Positions 1 through 12,859 of a stretch of 64,000 bases of DNA are shown piece after piece. The DNA is from Mytilus trossulus (lineage: Eukaryota), in NCBI RefSeq assembly GCF_036588685.1, contig NC_086377.1:2294001-2358000 (forward strand), in the 5' to 3' direction. A program made the position numbers and the translations under genes. Numbering within the stretch: position 1 is the stretch's first letter; each line of letters begins with the position of its first letter. Under the pieces are notes generated by a model that was not told where the DNA came from, made no database searches, and was given only the letters and a program-made list of their open reading frames with translations.

Positions 1-292
1 AAAAAATATAGTCGGCTTGATAATAAAATAAGAAGGATACACAATCAGTCATTGAGATCTTGGTTTCACAGAGGAGATCGAATTTGAGTATTGTAATAGA
101 TATGATAATAAAATAACAAGGAAACACAACTAGTCATTGAGGTCTTGTAATCCCAGAGGAAATCGAAAGTTAGTGTTTTAATAGGGGTGATAATAAAACA
201 ACAAGAGTTTACAATCAATCATTGATATCTTGTATTCACCGTGGAAATCGAAAGTTAGTGTTGTAATAGGGGTAATAATAAAATAACAAGAT
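1..292. repeat. 85-bp tandem repeat, ~3.5 copies visible (continues off the left edge)
   Basis: Unit gataataaaataacaagggtacacaatcagtcattgagatcttgtattcacagaggaaatcgaaagttagtgttgtaataggggt; same family as 14674-15755 and 22365-22550. Confidence 0.9.
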
Positions 293-1384
293 AGTCCTGA
301 ATATGAATACAATATTTACCACTGGACGTTAAGCAATCAACAATCATTCATAAATTGAAGAAAATACAGGTGTGTCTCCCTTTTGCACTGGACGTATCTC
401 CTTTCCATTTTTTTTTCGGAGGGGAGGGGGGAAGTGGATTCTGTTATTTCTGCAAAAGTAGTCATTATATATCTCCTGTTACTTAATCTTCCCTTCAAGT
501 TATACAAAAAAGGGAAAAAAAGTTCTAAATCTCAATTGACTGAATAAATTTAAGGAAGTAAAGGAAACACATATCATACAATGAACAGATATATCATGTT
601 ATGGAGGGGTATTTTGAGGATAAGAGGGTATTATCATACAACCACGGGAATTATACAAAAGTCATCTACGTAAACGCGTTAGCACGCTGTTTTATGTTAC
701 GTCATATCCGAAAATGTTTAACGGAAAGATGCTGGATAGATCGAAAAAAAAATATCCAAAATGATGAATATACCATGGTATTTGAGGCAAATTCACCGGC
801 AGTGCCTGGTAAAAAACATGCAAATTAGAATGAAATGAAAAAAAACATGTTAGAATATGCTACAAATATACTGGCTACCAACCAATCAAAGTTGATCATT
901 CTAATATAAGGTGAAATTAAGCGCTTAATTTACCTATATACATGTACACAATTTTCAAATCGTAACGTCGAAATAAAGTGTCGTATTAAATTTAATATAT
1001 CTATTTCAGATATAATACCGGCGTCACAATACTCGTATAGCACCTGCAAACGACGGGCATGGTTACACACCACGTACACTGCCAGTAATTTTGAACGCAT
1101 CCAACTTGTCAATTATATCTGTATCGTGTGCACTTACACTAGTGCGTACGAGAAGCGTACATGCGAGTTTATCTGGCGTTCAAGTTACGTATGTTGCCGT
1201 TTTACTGACGTTTGTATAACGCAGTTGAAATTTTTACGCTACGAAGGAAAATCGTCCCTTGAACTTATTTTAGACGTGTCCCTATCGTACCAAGGACAAT
1301 TCTCCGTGCATTCGGCGTTTCTAGAACATGGTAATGCCACATGTTTTTATGTTGTTCTGATACATCACTATCCCAGGTAAGCGG

Positions 1385-2130
1385 GAGGGTTTAGACAATA
1401 ATAGGAGTGAAATAAGGTGCTCCGGAAGAGTAAGCATTTCCTGCACCGTATACGGCACCCATCGTGTTATTTCTTTGTTCAGTTTAGTAATGGTGGAAGG
1501 TTATTATGACTGAGGAAGTAGATCAGATATGATTTCTGACACACTTTTGTCATGATGGCCAATCAGCTCACGATTGCGACGTTAAAATTTCTTGAGTGAT
1601 GACCTTAGTTGGATTGATTCATAGCCCTGTCTTAGCAACTTTTGAGAAAGCAGTATTCCTCGTTCAATAAAATCAACGTTCTTTGAGCTAGCTCTAGAGT
1701 AACGTATCAATTGAGACACATATACTCCATATGCTGGTGCCGCTGGGATGTTGCTACACACAAATGAAAAGTTGACTATAGGAAAATTAAAATTATTGCA
1801 TTTGTCATACATTTTGGTATTCAACCTACCACCAATAGTCATTTCAAGAAAAAGGTCTAAATATGAAGCAGATTTATCTGTGTCGGTATAATATCTTTAA
1901 TTTCAACATGTTCAAGTTGACTTGGATATATTAAATGTAAGTGATCAGTGAATCTATTATTATTAAGAGATAGTACATCATCAATATACCGAAAGGTGTA
2001 ATAAAAAGACTGGGTTAATTTCTTTTCTCCTTTCATACAAGTCCTTGGATAAATTCTGCTTCATAGGGATATAAAACAAATCTGCAAGTAAAGGAGCGCA
2101 ACTGGTACCAATTGGGATTCCAATAGTCTT
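1385..2130 (-). mobile_element. Penelope-like retroelement (PLE) RT C-terminal fragment plus 3' region, decayed
   Basis: Minus strand reads TIGIPIGTSCAPLLADL (~2127-2077), YTFRYIDDVLSLNN (~2000-1960) and ORF 1582-1842 TKMYDKCNNFNFPIVNF...IPAAPAYGVYVSQLIRYSRA; frameshifted. Confidence 0.8.
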
Positions 2131-2134
2131 ATCG

Positions 2135-2283
2135 TGAAGGAAACAAAAGTTCTAAGGTGTATATTTGTATTGCATAAGCCACATTCATGTATAAAGTAAC
2201 AAAAACAAAAGAATGACGTTACAATGAAAGTTCCTAACCGACGTCCGCAGGACGTCACGCTAAAGTTCGTGGGTTTCTCAACA
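2135..2283 (-). repeat. Putative 3' LTR of the BEL/Pao element
   Basis: On the minus strand a PPT-like cggccccggagaa is followed directly by TGTTGAGA at 2283; candidate ...TTCA end at 2135 just before the PLE sequence resumes. No 5' LTR present to confirm the boundary. Confidence 0.5.
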
Positions 2284-2460
2284 TTCTCCGGGGCCGCAGA
2301 AAGTGTCTCAAATATACTGAATAAATTAAATGAATTGTTCTAGAATTGAATGAACTTTTACAAATAAATTAAATGAAATATTTCCTTTGAAATTAATGTC
2401 TCATATAAATTAAATAATTTAAATTTACTGTCACTTCACTTGAATAAAATTGAAAAAATG

Positions 2461-5400
2461 TCAATTTAAACACTCTCTGATTTTCTCTACGGCATCTGGC
2501 TTGGCATTTCGCTGATATCTTTGCGTCTGTGTAGTAATTGGGTCGGATTCACAAATCTCCAAAAGATATAATTTGACTATCGGTCTATTAAGTTTAGAGC
2601 TAGATGTTCGGATCGTCGCAGATCGCACAAGGTTATCGTTTCCGTAGGTAAGTTCTTCAATTACACCGAGTTTCCACGTCGTACGTGGAGAATTATCATC
2701 ATATATCTGGACTACATCTCCTTGTTTTACACTTTGATTGTTATTTCCAGACACTCGGTGAAATTCACGTAAGGAGGTCAAATACTCGTGTTTCCATCTT
2801 GCTAAACATTGTTCAATAAGACGGAATCTCCTTTTCGCTTGATCATTCATAGTTTCGTGATTGGTTGCTAAATCGGCACTTTAACTGTCTGTTTCATCTG
2901 TATATAACGGATACGGGAAATATTTAGTTTGTCTTCCATACAATAGATGCGACGGGGTAAGCGGCTCTGGATCGGCAATGTCCGACGATATATAGGTAAG
3001 CGGTCTATTGTTAAGGTTAGCTTCAATTTCCACCTCTAATGTCTGTAACAGAGGCAAATCTATACATGCGCGTCCAAGAATCTTTTTTAGACAATTTTCA
3101 GTTAGTCCAACCAGTCTTTCCCAAAATCCGCCGTACCATGGGGCACGTTTTGGTATGAATTTCGATGTGGTTCCAAATTGGCACAATTTGTCATGTAAAG
3201 ATTTAGAGTCCGTTAACTTTTGTATTTCCTCCGCGGCGGCAACACATGTTGTAGCATTGTCCGATATCATAACTCTTGGTATCGATTTTCTGCTTATGAA
3301 TCTACGAAAAGCTAGCATGAACGATTTTTCAGTCATATCTGGAACTATTTCAAGATGAATAGCTCGAGTATTGGCACATGTAAACAAACAGATATACACT
3401 TTCGAAGTAGTCCATCGTCTCCTTTGATGTTAAGCGCACCACTGAAATCGACGCCTGATATAGTAAATGGTTCTTCGGACGATAATCTATCTTTTGGTAG
3501 CGGTGGAGGATCTGGTGCTTTGTATGCAACTCCTGTTACTTTTCTACAACTTACGCATTTTCGAATTACGCATCCAACTTCTTGTCGTGCTGAAGGTATC
3601 CAATATTTTTGCCTCAAATAAGTTACGGTAGCTCCTATGCCGGAATGTAAATTTTCAATGTGAATATCATTTATAAGTAGTTTTATTAATCTATGCTTTG
3701 TTGGTATTAAATACGGGAATTTTGCTTTCTCTGGAAGTGGTGCGTTATTAATGCGTCCACCACATCGTATTAATCCGTCTTTGTCCAGATATAAACGTAA
3801 TTGACGTATCAAACTATGCGTTGACTTTGAACATAAGCTTTCAAAAACATCACTGTATCTTTCGTGTTGCACAGCTTCAATTAACTTCATTGTTGCATTA
3901 TGTATATCATGTGGTGTTAGATATGTTGTGATCAGTCTTTTAGTATTAGGAGCTGTATTACGGCAGTTATCTATGAATGTCTGTACGTAACCTAAGATAC
4001 GCGCGGTTTTGTTGAATGAATGGTATCTATCAACGTTGATTATGTTCAATACGTTGCTCTTCGTCCGTATAATGTCATCTTGCGTTTCTTGATTCTCATA
4101 GTCCTTAAAAGTTGTGGTCATCACTTTATTGTCGATTTGAAATTCATTCGGCCATTGTTTCTCGTTTGTTAACCAGTCCGGACCATGCATCCATAGTTTG
4201 TTATTTTTCAATTGTTCATACGATAAACCACGTGATAATAAATCAGCAGGATTGTGTTCTGTAGGGCAATATTTCCAGCTATGTTCACATGTGAGCTCTT
4301 TGATTTCAATAACTCTGTTTGCTATAAAGGTTTTAAGTTGCTTCCTTGAAGATATCCATTGTAAAATAATTTGACTGTCGCTCCATAGTACACACTTTTT
4401 AACGTTCCGTAAACTTGACATTATATGTGAAGTTAACTGTCCTCCGACTAATGCTGCCATAAGTTCAAGTTGTGGTATAGTTAACTTTTTCAAAGGTGCC
4501 ACTCTATTTTTATCCATGACAAAGTTAGACTCTTCCCCTTTTACTAAGTACGCACAAGCGCCGTACGCTACTGCGCTTGCATCGGTAAATACATGTAAGG
4601 TAGGTTCATCGGTAGTGTCCATATTTTCAAAGTAACGTCTCGAAAATTAAATCTCTGTGCATTTTTTCAAGTCTTGATCGATAGAATGCCACTGCGGTCT
4701 AATTTCATCAGGTATTTGTTCGTCCCACCCTAGTTTCTGTGTCCATAAATCCTGCAATAGTATCTTGCTACGCACTGTAACTGGGCTTAGAATTCCAAGT
4801 GGGTCGTACAATTTTGACGATCTTCTTAATATTTCTCTTTTCGTGATTTGATAATCTGGTAGCATAGACAATGGTTTGAATCCAAAACTAACACGGTCAT
4901 CTTTGGTGTTCCATCGTAATCCTAAAACTTTAATACATTCGTCTCCATCGTAAACGTTTTGAGATGTAGCTAAATCGTTAAGTGCTGTACAATTCGATGC
5001 CCATGAACGTAAGTTGAATCCACCTTTGGTCATCAGTGTTCTTGACTCTTCATAAAACTTCAATAGTTCAGTTATGGTGTCGAAGCCTGCAATTATGTTG
5101 TCTACGTATAATCCATCTATGAGTGTTTCAGATGTATGACTAGACTGTTCACGTAAATGCTTTAATAAGGTCGCATTCAATATAAAAGGTGAACACGTTG
5201 CGCCGAATAGGATAGCTTTAAAGCGGTAAGTAATCAACTGTGATGTAGGGTCTGTTGAGTCCTTTAGCCAGAAAAATCTCGTCATATCTCTGTCTTTCTC
5301 GTCTAGTGTGATTTGAAGAAACGCCTACTCTATATCGGTAACAACAGCATATCTATTCGCTCTAAATCGCATCAAAAGTGTTGATATGTCATTTAAGATC

Positions 5401-6437
5401 GGGGGTTCTTTTCGCAAACAATCATTTAGACTAGGCGTGTCTTGTGATCGACGACAGCTACAGTCATAAACAATACGGATGGGTGTCGTCGCTGAATCTT
5501 TCTTGACTGAATGGTGAGGGATATAATGCGCATGTTCTGTGCTTGTTGTTGGGTTGTCTATGCGTTCAATAAAACCTCTCTTTTCCTTGTCGCTTATAAT
5601 CTCACCATATTTTCTAAGTAAAAACTGATCGTTGCTGAGTCTTCGTACTACATTTTCTGTTCTTCGTCTAGCTATGTCGATGTTGGACGGAAGTGGTTTA
5701 TGGTCGTCTTTCCATGGAAGCTTTGTCGTGTATTTACAAGCATTGGCATCGTACGATATATTTGTAGTTATGAAGTTTTCCAAATATTCTGCGTTTGATT
5801 TCTCCTTATTCTGTGGTGTTATTCCTAATGACTCGATTTTCCAGAAGTTTTCTAAATCATATTCCTCTTCTTTATGTCCAATTAAAATGTTCATCATTGA
5901 AGTAGTTCCTTCTGTTGATTTCTGTGTCGGGCAAGATAGCAAATACCCTATTATTGACTTGACTGCAGTTGGACTGTTGCCTCGTATTATCTTATCTTCC
6001 ATGAAATCCCAATAATGGTCAGCGCCTATCAATAAATTTACGGAGAAAACGTCATGTCATGAAAGCGGGTGTGCCAATTTTAATCCGCGCAAGTAAGGTA
6101 AGTTAGTTGTCTCGGTAGTATGTATCCGTATCGGTGAAGCTATTTCAGGAACAATGAGTATATTCAGCTGTATGCGGCTTCCGTCTTCCGTGAGTACAAA
6201 TATGTCAGAGGTTTTCAAATGGCGTACTGATCCGTTACCTCCTCCAAATCCAGAAATTGATATGGCTCCTGTTCCGTTTTGTTTTAGTTCTTGTTGCTCC
6301 GCTAGACTTTCTGTAATAAATGAGCGCTGAGCCCCTTCGTCGAATAGTATGTTTGCGTCCATACTGACTTGCGCGTTTGAGTGCACCGTAGCTATCGCGG
6401 TCTTGAGAAGTACTTGTGAATATGTAGTACAGTGCAT
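2461..6437 (-). pseudogene. BEL/Pao pol polyprotein broken into six ORF pieces by stops/frameshifts
   Basis: Protease ILFDEGAQRSFI (6057-6437); YIPHHSVKK...IRIVYDCS...SLNDCL (5325-6032); RT FGATCSPF and LYVDN (4647-5285); RNase H LHVFTDASAVAYGA and integrase Zn-finger H..H..CVSC, GVDFSG (3345-4622); integrase core SDNAT, WYGGFWERLV (2881-3399); RWKHEYLTSLRE C-terminal domain (2461-2850). Confidence 0.93.
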
Positions 6438-6489
6438 TGCTGATGCGGTTTCGGCTATATCTTGCTTATCTGATGAAGCGGGTTTTGAG

Positions 6490-7300
6490 ACACCAAACCT
6501 CCAAATTCAACAAATATGTTGTCAATTAAAAAATCTAGCATGGCAGTGAAATCCTCGTCGGTATATTTTTTCCTTGACTCTGTATGATTTTTCACAAAGT
6601 AAAATGAATTCTAGCCCAAAACTAGATATTTAAAACGTCTAGTGCCCGTTTTTGTTAAAAAGAAACATAAACTGACGAGTTCCTTCAGTCGAGCTTTAAG
6701 TTTAGTATGTGTAATAGGGTAGATCATAAGTAAATGGTTTTTGAGACAGAATTTTCTGATAATTTGCCAAAACGAAGATTTTACTAGTTTTTTTAAATAT
6801 GATAAAAAGTATGGGTCCCCGTGCTTTTTTTCAAGCTATGAGTCGTTGGAAATTGCCCAAGTTTGGTTAGTTTGTTCATGAAAAAACACATAAGAGTGCT
6901 TTGAGATAAAATTTTGAAATATATTGTGAGAAGATAGGTTTCATAATATGTTTTAAGAAAATAAAAAGAAAACATGGTGTCACCGAACTTGTTTTCTTGC
7001 CACAAGTAAAAATAAAAAATGTCCCTATTAGCCCAGAAAAAAATGTTGTACTCAAAGAGTTATTCCCCTCAAATGGTTTATTTGAAGAAAAAACATGATT
7101 TTTACAACCAAAAAGGTTGATTTTTGTTAAAATATTTCGAATAATACAATAAATTAACAAGTTTTCTTTATATAAATAAATAGTCTAACCATTAAATTGC
7201 AAATCTGTTTCCAAATTTGCTGATTTGAGCAAATAACTAGACCGATTTTGTACTGTGATTGTACAATCCAAGATGGCGGTATACCATGAATCTACCTTAA
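6490..7300. mobile_element. Probable non-autonomous DNA transposon fragment (Kolobok-like TTAA/GG terminus) abutting the truncated BEL element
   Basis: Abrupt compositional change at ~6490; right end ...ccaagatggcggtataccatgaatctacc|ttaa. The partner terminus was not found. Confidence 0.4.
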
Positions 7301-8126
7301 ATACATGATTAAATTTTGTTGTTAGGATTTCTGCATGCAGCTCATTTGGAAATGCTTTTTCCCACTGAATAGAGGGGCAATATATATATATAAATCTATT
7401 TTATTCTTAAATCTCATTGAAAAACGTTAGATCAACCGCTTAGAATAAGAAAAATTTAGTTGAAATATGAAATAAAATTGCGAATGGATATGGGGTATGT
7501 GTCAAAGAGACAACAGCCCGACAAAAGAACAAAAAACAGATAAAGGCAACCAATTGGTCTTGAATACAATGAAACAATCCAGCACTTGGAGATGTTTTAA
7601 AATGAAAATTAAAAGCAACAAGAATGTGTCCACAGTACACGGATGTCCCACTCGCAATATCATTTTCTATGTTCAGCGGACCGTAAAATCACCAAAGTTT
7701 TAAGTTAATGTCTTATATGTTAAAGACGGACAAACACATATATACCATAAGAAGACCTGTAAATAGGCGTATAAAAAGGGGGAGGATATTCTTATCCCAA
7801 ATGGTCTTTGCTTCATGAATATTGTATTAAGAAGTTTGTTTGAATATAAAGGATATTTTTTTTTATCATTAAATCAAATGTATACAAAAAAATGCGGAAA
7901 ATAAATCTTCAAAATGACAACATTTATCAATCTGTTCAACATTTAAAACATAAATTTAAAAAAGATATTTATAAGTTTACTTTTCATTCCTTTAACTGTA
8001 TCTTAACATGATTGATAAAAAACAGTGATCTGATTGTCAAATTCTTATGGAGATTATTCATACGTAGATAATGTTTCATGTAGTTAATATATTTATTTTT
8101 TAAGTTAAAACAGAAATTGCCAAAAC

Positions 8127-8824
8127 CAGTCAGGGGCGTTACTTAAACAAGTTATTTTTTTTAATTACTTATATAAGTAATTTTTTATTTTAAAATTAAT
8201 AAAATTACTTAATAGAGTTATTTTATTTTTCAATAGAAACTTACACTAAATGTAGTTTTCATGATTTTAAACAACATTTTATATCATAAAATAAAGAATT
8301 TATCAGATTTGAGAGGAGTAAAGAGATAAAGGGTTACTTTGAAAATAATGACAAAAATATTACCTGAATAAGTTATTTTAAACATATTTGAAAAAAATAG
8401 CAATAACACTTATCTAAGGCACATATTGAATTGATTTAGGTTAAATATTATAAATAACTTTAGGTCTTATTTAAATCACAAGTATCTATCTATTTATATT
8501 AGTCTACCTTCAAGATTTTAGAGGAAAATGATAATTTAATAGTCCCAAGAGATCAATCTTTGATCCAGAAGCGTCGGTATGTAAGATAAGTGCGTCGGAA
8601 AGTTAATTAGTGTTTCAGAAGAATTAGTTTTTATATATCAAAGGAAAAATAACCAGATAACTGTAAAAATTATTTAAAGCTAGTAAAATCTGTATTCTTG
8701 GACACCTATAAAAATAATATTCAGAAAAATAACTTATATAAGTTATATTTAAATTAGCCTGGTTTTCAACATTACTTGTATAGGTAATTTTAATTGTTAC
8801 TTGTTTAAGTAATGCCCCTGACTG
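8127..8824 (+). mobile_element. ~700-bp MITE, copy 1, 5-bp TSD (hAT5-like by termini/TSD)
   Basis: TIRs cagtcaggggcgttacttaaacaagt / acttgtttaagtaatgcccctgactg; TSD aaaac at 8122-8126 and 8825-8829. Confidence 0.9.
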
Positions 8825-10140
8825 AAAACATTGACTTTCTTATCACATAATCTTTGTGTAACATCTTAGGTCAGTTTATTGGGAAGAGTAATATATAAAC
8901 CACGAGGATTTTAAACTGTGAATACAACCAGTTGTGTAATTTGAGATTGCTTCAAATCTTAGGGCATTCTTCGGGCTGTACTATAAAGTATATATCAATA
9001 GGTTGATATTATCACTTGCTTGATTATATCATAAGTATCTGAAACTTATCAGATGTCAGTACTAAATTTCGATGCGGTTACAGCACATTTGTCATTTCGT
9101 TTCATTCGTATGTGGTATTTCAACTGATGCTAGTTATAGATGCTATAAATCCGACCATTTTGACATGTGGACCTAATAAACATTCAAAAGTTTGTATACA
9201 TGAAACATTAAAAAAAGATCCTTAGTGTTTACTTCCTTCAAGAGGGAATGGCGGTGTAACTTTTTATTAGTTTTCCATTTTATAATATAAAACTGAGTGA
9301 ACGTGTAACTCTCTGTGGTGTTATTACATTTATCTGACCGAATATATTCTATTGTTTCTTCAGAATGAAAGATAATAAAGGAGCAAATAGAGGAAACCGG
9401 TTTGATGAAGATGTGCCATTTTTTTTTTGGAAAAGTAAGGCATGTTTTTTTCAAAATAAACCTGATGAAGAGCGTGACCAAAACAATATCTTTACTAATG
9501 CACCAACAGACGAAAAATAAATCTATAGGTCTGTTTTTTGTTAATTGATATGTGAGAAGGTATATATTTTTAAAAAACAAAATATATGAAAAAGGTGGGG
9601 TACTGGATGTCAGAAGCTCTTCCCTACCAAAAACTATTGACGTGCCCCCCTAGCCCACCCCACACGAGATGATTACATGTGTATTTGAATAGATTATACA
9701 AGCAGTGAGACTTTGATAAAATATTGAATCTGAATCTGCAAACTTTAAATAAACTCTTATTACCATTGTAAATGACAAATTGTCATTTAGAAAAAGGCAC
9801 GATATTAAATTAACCTTCCATTTAAAAAACGTATGCATCATTTTAATCAGTTCATGTATATCTGCTAATCTTATTTCTCTTAAATATTTTCCTATTCCAA
9901 TATAGTATATAACACTACTCTATATAACCGCAGCTAGCACATACTCTTGGTCACTGGTTATGCATGAATTTTGTTAGATATTCAGTAATTAAGTAACAGG
10001 TGCCTGCCGATAGAGTTATAAACAAACAACGATGTGAACCAAAGAAAATCGTATTCCAAAGTATCTATATTTACATTTTAAATTACAATATGATTAATAT
10101 GATGTGACTATTTTCTATACAAATGTGTACAAATTTATAT

Positions 10141-12332
10141 CCCCATGGGCACTAATTGTGCCCCTTTAATAGCAGACTTGTTTTTGTACTGTTACAAATC
10201 ACAGTTTATGACTAAACTCAGTCAAGACCCGTCGAAATTTCATTTAATTGATAAATTCAACATCACTTACCGTTATCTTGATGATATTTTTTCGTTAAAT
10301 AATCAAGAATTTTTTAATATACTGCTAAAATTTACCTCAAGGAAGTTACTTTAAACAGTCAGGGGCATTACTTAAACAAGTAACAATTAAAATTACCTAA
10401 ACAAGTTATGTTGAAAGCGAGGCTAATTTAAATATAACTTATATAAGTTATTTTTCTGAATATTATTTGTATAGGTGTCCAACAATACAGATTTTACTAG
10501 CCTGAAATAATTTTCACAATTATCTGGTTATTTTCCCCTTGAAATATAAAAACTAATTCTTCAGAAACACTAATTAACTTTCCGACGCACTTATCTTTCA
10601 TACCGACGCTTCTGGGTCAAAGATTGGTATCTTGGGACTATTAAATTATCATTTTCCTTTAAAATCTTGAAGGTAGACTGATATAAATAGATAGATACTT
10701 GTGAATTAAGTAAGACCTGAAGTTATTTATAATTTGTAACTGAAATCAATTACATATGTGCCTTAGATAAGTGTTATTGCTATTTTTTTTCAAAAATGTT
10801 TAAAATAACTTATTCAAGTAATATTTTTTTCATTTTTTTCAAAGTAACCCGTTATCTCCATACTCCTCTCAAATCTGATAAATTCTTTATTTTATGATAT
10901 AAAATGTTGTTTAAAATCATGAAAACTACATTTAGTCTATGTTTCTATTGAAAATTAAAATAACTATATTAAGTAATTTTATTATTTTTAAAATCAAAAA
11001 TTACTTATATAAGTAATTAAAAAAAATAATAACTTGTTTAAGTAACGCCCCTGACTGTTAAACAAATCATAGTTATTCGGTAATAACTGTCCTTTCCTGG
11101 ATTTAGATATTTCGGTTTTAAACGGGAAACTCCACACTAAAAAATTACGACAAAAGAGACGACTGTTCGTTCCCTGTTGTTAATTTTCCATTTTTAGATG
11201 TTGATGTTCCTTTAGCACCATCTTACGGTATTTATATTGCACAGCTCTTTCGCTATGCCCGTGTCTGTTGTGACGTTTTTGATTTTAACGAACGCAATCT
11301 ATGTATTACTGGTAAATTATTAAACCAGAGATATCGTTACCATAAATTACTTAAAACCTTTACTAAATTTTTCCATAGATATAGATTTGGTTTTGAAGTT
11401 TGGTTGTACCTGTAGAAAACTTATATCAAACGGGATAGCACATCCTCATTTTGACGGAAATTTTGTTAACCGTGCCCGGAAATTTAGAAATGATCCATGG
11501 AAACTTTTCGCTCCTTTAAATAAACTTATTCTAAAAGATTACCAATTCAACACTGTATTGTTTTATTGGTATAAATATTGATTTTGTTATCAGTAAATTA
11601 AAAGCTAACTAAATATTACTAGTATGTTATATACATATACTTATTCATAGATCTACAATCTGTCGATACCTGTAACTTGGCATTGCACAAGGTCATGTTT
11701 TTCTCTGGCTGTTTATGACGTCTTGACACTAAATCCATTGGATGTTGGATGTGTACGGATTGATAGTTTAGTCTAAGATGCATGCTTTTTTTATTAGTTG
11801 TTAGTAGCTTTGAACTAGCTGTCATATAACTGCGAGTACTCTAAGAACTGTTCATTTTGTCTTTTTGTGTCGGGATGTATAAGTACTCGGCCACATCCAC
11901 TTGTTTTTTGTCCATTTGATGAGTTAAACCTTTTTCGACTGATTTCTAAAGTTCGTTCTTATGTTCTACTGTTATACCACTGTCCCAGGTTAGGGGGAGG
12001 GTTTGGATCCCGCTAACATGTTTCACCCCGCCAAATTATTTATGTATGTGCCTGTCCCAAGTCAGGAGCCTGTAATTCAGTGGTTGTCGTTTGTTTATGT
12101 GCTGCATATCTGTTCTTCGTTCATTTGTTTTTTTTATATAAATGAGGCCGTTTGTTTTCTCGTTTGAATTGTTTTGCATTGTATTGTCGGGGCCTTTTAT
12201 ACCTGACTATGCAGTATGGGCTTTGCTCATTGTTGAAGGCCGAATGGTGACCTATAGCTGTTAATGTCTGTGTCATTGTGGTATCTTGAGGACAGTTGTC
12301 TCATTGACAATCACACCACATCTTCTTTTTTT
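10141..12332 (+). mobile_element. Penelope-like retroelement, 5'-truncated RT plus long 3' region, interrupted by a MITE
   Basis: PMGTNCAPLIADLFLY and YRYLDDIFSLNN (10145-10354); after the MITE it resumes CPFLDLDISVLNGKLHT..YDKRDD..FPVVNFPFLD..PLAPSYGIYIAQLFRYARVC; then a 3' repeat ending cacaccacatcttcttttt. Confidence 0.85.
10356..11057 (-). mobile_element. ~700-bp MITE, copy 2 (inverted relative to 8127-8824), 5-bp TSD
   Basis: Same TIRs; internal sequence is the reverse complement of copy 1; TSD ttaaa at 10351-10355 and 11058-11062. Confidence 0.9.
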
Positions 12333-12859
12333 GTATTTCCCGTCACCCTTTCACCCTTATTAAGTACTGATTCTTTCTAAGATCTTTTTTGTGATTTTTT
12401 TCTGATAAATCAACAGTACAGTTATGTTAATGAAAGTACAAAATGTAGCTCTAAACATCAATGTGATAGAGATAAAACATTCAATCTGGTCAGAAGTCAT
12501 CAATACGTGATACGTGATATCCTGAGGCAAGATTGATTTGAAGAGGCATCATTCCTTATTCTATGTTTTTAACTGGTGTAACTCAATTTGGTCAATATTT
12601 ATATTTTTTAGCCTGCGTAAACTTAGGCAAAAGAATGATGCTATGATGTTTTTCTTCTTATAGAAATATAGAACATACGTATGTAGAAATATGCACATAA
12701 ATGTTCAAATAGTTTCCAATGTAACTAGAACTTAGTGAACAAATTGCCTCCAATTAATATATGCTGACTACAGATTTTCCAAAATAACAATTATATACCT
12801 TATTTACAAAATGCGTGCCTTTTTCCATGAGCGTGTGCATTTAAAAGGAATGGAATATA

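Larger units (their letters stand above)
2135..6490 (-). mobile_element. BEL/Pao LTR retrotransposon, 5'-truncated (gag and 5' LTR missing)
   Basis: Domain order protease-RT-RNase H-integrase-C-terminal domain typical of BEL/Pao; PPT/LTR junction at 2283. Confidence 0.93.

Noticed and set aside
601-1380. Short ORFs 601-828, 930-1112 and 1126-1380 in a CpG-richer patch
   Set aside because: No domain similarity; probably a repeat remnant that cannot be classified from this window.
3008-6549. Plus-strand ORFs 3008-3358, 3355-3621, 5632-6015 and 6349-6549
   Set aside because: Antisense shadows of the BEL pol reading frame.
9173-9580. 135-aa minus-strand ORF
   Set aside because: Low-complexity F/I/K-rich translation typical of AT-rich non-coding DNA.
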